From positions 1-28,982 of the IMG/VR virus record IMGVR_UViG_3300036713_000234: a stretch of DNA of 28,982 nucleotides. One strand, given 5' to 3'. This DNA is from a virus. Lineage: Duplodnaviria > Caudoviricetes. The position numbers were made by a program, and so were the translations under genes. The first letter of the stretch is position 1. Each line of letters begins with the position of its first letter. Under the pieces are notes generated by a model. The model was not told the origin of the DNA. It was given only the letters and a program-made list of their open reading frames with translations, and did not search any database. This document shows positions 25,453 to 28,982 of this stretch, in pieces.

Positions 25453-27029
25453 TAGCTTGCCATCCAGTTACTTACCGAACTATTGTTATAATTAAATGTT
25501 ATGACCTTTTCATTAAGGCTGACTGCGTGTCGTATAGATTGTACCCCATAACGTACAGCAGACATAAAATCATCGTCTACATCGACTATCTTACCGCTTT
25601 TCATATGAAAACTTCTATATTCTTCAAAGAAATCATTTACTTGCCTCATTACTAAGAATCGTCCATCACTCATTCTGGTTGAAATCTCGGTAATTCCAGG
25701 CATTATCTGTATTCCACCCGTTCCCTCTGCTTTGTCTTCACTCGGCGGATTGGTGAAATGGCTTTTATCAGGATTCTCTCCGATAAACATATTTACACCC
25801 GCTTTTATATACTGGTCTTTCGTAGACTCGCCCTGTCCGGTAATCTTATTACCATCGTGAGGCCATATAACGGGGATTATGTCTGAATTAGGCTTCATGA
25901 TGATGTGAGAAGCGATAACAGGAATTTCCTTACCAATCATTCTAAACCCGTCATAGACGTAAATTATGTCCATCTGAGGGTCATAGGCTATTCTGGCAAA
26001 GGCAGTCGGATGAGCAGTCGAAGAGAGACCACCAAAATCAATAGCGTCAATAAACTTGAAGTAATCTGGAAATTCAATCGGATCACACTTAAAGGATTCT
26101 TCAGGATAAGCAAAGACTAACCCACTTCCCAAAACGGGGATCCCCCTCATCCTCATCTTCATCTGATATGGAAGAATGTTCTTTTGAGCAGAGAGTACTT
26201 TATCTTTGGTTAAATGACCTTTCTTGCCGAACTTCGTATAGACCGTCTTAAACTCGAATTTCTCGCCTTCAACTTCTATATCAAAGTCTTCACCAGCAAC
26301 GTCTTTCCATTCGGCGGTGTGCATACTCCACTCTTCCTGTACCATCTTGACGACTTTTGTCATGCCGTTTTCAGGCGTCCATGTAATTCTGATACGTCCC
26401 CCGGTAGCAATCGCTGATCGCGAGGCTTGTTCTAATATATCTTCTGGAGGTTCTTCATCTAAGTGGGTTATGTCAGCCTGGTGGCCCATCCATGTAGATT
26501 TTCCCATCTCGTAAGCCAGGAAGACTATTTTAGACCAGCCATCAAACTTACCGTTGGTGAAATGCTTAATCCGAATATTATAAAAGGCGTCTGGTACGCC
26601 TCTTTTCTTCTGAATCTTGCCTATACAGTGTTTTGGTATCCATCCCGTTCCGAGTTCCTTCTCCCATTCGATCGGATCACCAAAGAGTTCTTTCTGGAGT
26701 ATGTCACGAGTTTTGTCGTTATTAACACAGCCTGCGACTAAAGTGATTGGTTTTTCATATTTAAATCCCTTGTAGTCATCTGGATAGAGTCCGGTTAAGT
26801 CAAAAGCGTCAGCAGCACAACCACAAAATGTCTTGCCTTGTTGATTTCCACAGCGAAGCCCCTTGCTTTTCGATTTATCATTAATAAAGGCTTCCTGCCA
26901 CGTGTAGGGGTCAAAGTATTCAAGCTTGTGTGTCTTTATGTATTCGGCTTTTTCCTTTAATGCCTGGTAGAGTTGTTGTTTAGGGTCACTCACCTTTATA
27001 TGATTTACTATGTTGTAATAGCTCGCCAT
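25452..27029 (-). CDS. terL: terminase large subunit
   Basis: Walker A GNQQGKT, Walker B HLDEEPP, TWTPENG, nuclease DFG...HPTA, WPHDG, DDFMSAVRYG. Confidence 0.95.
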   Translation of the reverse strand: MASYYNIVNHIKVSDPKQQLYQALKEKAEYIKTHKLEYFDPYTWQEAFINDKSKSKGLRCGNQQGKTFCGCAADAFDLTGLYPDDYKGFKYEKPITLVAGCVNNDKTRDILQKELFGDPIEWEKELGTGWIPKHCIGKIQKKRGVPDAFYNIRIKHFTNGKFDGWSKIVFLAYEMGKSTWMGHQADITHLDEEPPEDILEQASRSAIATGGRIRITWTPENGMTKVVKMVQEEWSMHTAEWKDVAGEDFDIEVEGEKFEFKTVYTKFGKKGHLTKDKVLSAQKNILPYQMKMRMRGIPVLGSGLVFAYPEESFKCDPIEFPDYFKFIDAIDFGGLSSTAHPTAFARIAYDPQMDIIYVYDGFRMIGKEIPVIASHIIMKPNSDIIPVIWPHDGNKITGQGESTKDQYIKAGVNMFIGENPDKSHFTNPPSEDKAEGTGGIQIMPGITEISTRMSDGRFLVMRQVNDFFEEYRSFHMKSGKIVDVDDDFMSAVRYGVQSIRHAVSLNEKVITFNYNNSSVSNWMAS

Positions 27030-27267
27030 TATCTCCAGTAGATACTATATGCTCTATTCCTTTTTCGTCAATCCACATAATCGTTCTATTTTCGTAAGGG
27101 ACTTTATTTAAATCCATTATCTGTCGGGCTTTTATTAATGATAAATCTTCGTGGCTTAACATAATGTCGTTATGCTCAGTTATGTTCTCGTTTAGCTTCT
27201 TTAACTCGTCTATCATAACAGTAAGGGTTGCTTCTAAGCTCATATTAATCTCTTTTAATGCCTTCAT
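26986..27267 (-). CDS. hypothetical protein
   Basis: ORF overlapping the terL start; no terS motif recognised. Confidence 0.55.
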   Translation of the reverse strand: MKALKEINMSLEATLTVMIDELKKLNENITEHNDIMLSHEDLSLIKARQIMDLNKVPYENRTIMWIDEKGIEHIVSTGDNGELLQHSKSYKGE

Positions 27268-27388
27268 TACACAGTCTCATTGCTGCCTGTTTGCTTAATT
27301 TAAGCTCTTTACGCTTCTTCTTAGCTTTATCTGAATCACTGGAAGCAAGCCAGCAGAAGAGTTTATGCTGTTCTTTGGTGTATGGCAT
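27245..27388 (-). CDS. small basic phage protein (47 aa)
   Basis: MPYTKEQHKLFCWLASSDSDKAKKKRKELKLSKQAAMRLCNEGIKRD, resembling MPxxxxQxxxF micro-proteins near terminases. Confidence 0.6.
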   Translation of the reverse strand: MPYTKEQHKLFCWLASSDSDKAKKKRKELKLSKQAAMRLCNEGIKRD

Positions 27389-27406
27389 GACTTAATGTAT
27401 TCCAAA

Positions 27407-27622
27407 GTGATTGATTAATCAACTTTAAAAATTCCTACTAACAAAATAAGTAGCCAGATCATCTACATGTTTTTTTGTATATGGCTTTCTTTTACAGCAT
27501 GTCTTACATATAGTAGAAAGTCCGTCTTTCGATCTTTTTTTAAATGAAAACAATTTTTCATCTTTTAATTCATTGCACTTATTACACTTCTTCATTCTGT
27601 TCCCCTGTGATTGATTAATCAA
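27407..27622. repeat. 16-bp direct repeats containing a 12-bp palindrome
   Basis: GTGATTGATTAATCAA at 27407-27422 and 27607-27622, exactly 200 bp apart; core TTGATTAATCAA. Confidence 0.9.
27425..27595 (-). CDS. stand-alone zinc finger like the N-terminus of phage HNH/endoVII homing nucleases
   Basis: MKKCNKCNELK....F......KDGL...CKTC; no nuclease domain follows. Confidence 0.65.
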   Translation of the reverse strand: MKKCNKCNELKDEKLFSFKKRSKDGLSTICKTCCKRKPYTKKHVDDLATYFVSRNF

Positions 27623-28028
27623 GTTCGCCCCATATCCTGAGAAGCATGGCCCCGTGGACTCTATTGCCATAAGAAATCACATTAGGGCTTAAAAAGTAGC
27701 AGCCGCTTCTGACCTCTTTAAGCATCTGCCTTTCGTAAAGAATACCAAAAACAGTTGTAACCGTCTTTTTAGAAATCTGCAACTCCTTAGCAATTCCTTC
27801 CTGTGTTCCTAAAATAAGATTCTTTGAATCCCTAAACTGAATCAAATAAGCCAAAACTTTACAACTTGCTGTGCCGCCTATTCCAATATATTCGGCCAGT
27901 GTCTTAGCGTATGTCTTTTCCCACTTGTCTTTGTTGACCCTTTCAATGAATAGTTTAATGTCGACTTCTTCACCAGTCACTTTATCTAATACAATATAGG
28001 TTGCGGGATTAAAATAGGATTCACTCAT
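27615..28028 (-). CDS. RepL-family winged-HTH replication/maintenance protein
   Basis: VLDKVTGEE...KVLAYLI...D.KN.I.GTQ..IA.EL.IS..TV......L.E......VRSG.Y.L.PN....G. Confidence 0.7.
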   Translation of the reverse strand: MSESYFNPATYIVLDKVTGEEVDIKLFIERVNKDKWEKTYAKTLAEYIGIGGTASCKVLAYLIQFRDSKNLILGTQEGIAKELQISKKTVTTVFGILYERQMLKEVRSGCYFLSPNVISYGNRVHGAMLLRIWGELD

Positions 28029-28239
28029 AAGTTATCTCGGCACTATTCCATATCTTCAATGCGGTGTATTCATTTTTAGCCCAAAAAGAGGGTTTTATTT
28101 CGCAGTTATCATTTACGCAACCAATAAACCACCCATTATCACCATGGTCTTTGCTGATTGAATCAGATTTGCACCAAGGACATTTAATGCGTGGAGTCAT
28201 ATATAAATTATCTCTTAAAAAGTTTCCTATCATTGCCAT
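28021..28239 (-). CDS. second Lar-like zinc protein
   Basis: KCPWCKS...WFIGC.N..C...ALKIWN. Confidence 0.6.
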   Translation of the reverse strand: MAMIGNFLRDNLYMTPRIKCPWCKSDSISKDHGDNGWFIGCVNDNCEIKPSFWAKNEYTALKIWNSAEITYE

Positions 28240-28254
28240 GGTAAGCTGTGCCGC

Positions 28255-28572
28255 CTATGCAAAAGACCACATAGCTTTACATACTATATGTAAAAATTGA
28301 TCTTTATGTACTCCATACCATTTCTGACATTTCCCAAAATCTATATACCAATGAAGTATAAACTCACCAATTAATATATAAATATTACCAGTAATTAAAT
28401 ACGTCACGACTCCATGAGTAAAAGCATGTGCAGTCATCCAGTACCACCAGTTCACGCCAAACAAGCAAGGATCAATATTATTATTCTTGCCCTTAGCAAT
28501 AGAATCAGTCTGGAAAACATAATCAGCAATAAAATGCCCAGCAACTAATAAAACAAACATTTCTATATTCAT
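28255..28572 (-). CDS. DUF3307-family membrane protein
   Basis: LLVAGHFIADYVFQT..IAKGK...AHA..H...HWYID..K...DQFLH. Confidence 0.8.
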   Translation of the reverse strand: MNIEMFVLLVAGHFIADYVFQTDSIAKGKNNNIDPCLFGVNWWYWMTAHAFTHGVVTYLITGNIYILIGEFILHWYIDFGKCQKWYGVHKDQFLHIVCKAMWSFA

Positions 28573-28573
28573 G

Positions 28574-28677
28574 GTAAGTAGTTTACACCATATAGGCACT
28601 AAATCACATGAATAATTACACCAAAATAGTCAAATGTAGTAATCCACGACACCAAACGTAGTAATACATTACACCAA
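28574..28677. repeat. iteron-like repeats
   Basis: 22-bp tandem CAAATGTAGTAATCCACGACAC / CAAACGTAGTAATACATTACAC (28631-28674). (T/G)ACACCA cores at 28584, 28617, 28648 and 28670; AT-rich tract follows. Confidence 0.65.
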
Positions 28678-28982
28678 GCATTTCAGACTATTTCCTTTAA
28701 TATCATACCCTTATGTTAAAATAAGTAAATTAACCCTCTATTCTTGCTCTTACGTACTTATTAGTATCACTGTTGTGACTGTATTAGTCATTCCTTAAAT
28801 ACCTAAATCTTAGAAAAATGTCTGAATGGGATATCTACATATCATCCCAGTCCCCCAACAAACCCACGGGCCCCCCTTCCACAAGGTTGATTATCAATGG
28901 ATTCACCTGCTTAGGTAGTTAATCAATAGGTTAGGTGTAGTGGAACAATAGGATTAGGTGGTGTGTGTGGGTGTGATGGATA

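Noticed and set aside
11067-26741. Many short plus-strand ORFs in the late region
   Set aside because: They are antisense to well-supported structural genes and have no motifs.
26986-27267. Terminase small subunit call
   Set aside because: The position fits, but no HTH or terS motif is recognisable.

Overview
A 29-kb, gene-dense segment of an uncultured P22-like (podovirus) tailed phage, probably infecting a Proteobacterium. On the minus strand, 28.6 kb to 6.8 kb carries a near-complete late module: large terminase, P22-type portal, scaffold, coat, a small head-fibre-like protein, GT2 glycosyltransferase, GroES, gp4- and gp10-like tail proteins, fibres, three ejection proteins, an M15 endolysin and small membrane genes. 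Back-to-back sigma70 promoters at about 1.2 kb drive two operons. The leftward one encodes an Arc-like RHH protein, Lar, an HTH protein and an ASCH protein. The rightward early operon starts with a clear Acb2 anti-CBASS sponge and ends with an SSB-like gene. No integrase, CI repressor, tRNA or CRISPR array was seen. The best leads are a translationally coupled Sm/LSm-like protein plus alternating-Ser (SR/SG) repeat peptide plus TM micropeptide; a DDxxD prenyl/terpene-synthase-like gene in the slot before the DNA pilot protein; a solitary integron attC site; a RepL gene with 22-bp iteron-like repeats and palindromic direct repeats upstream of terminase; and a C-terminal domain shared by a fibre and the capsid-adjacent protein. 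All family calls come from motif recognition by eye; no searches were run.
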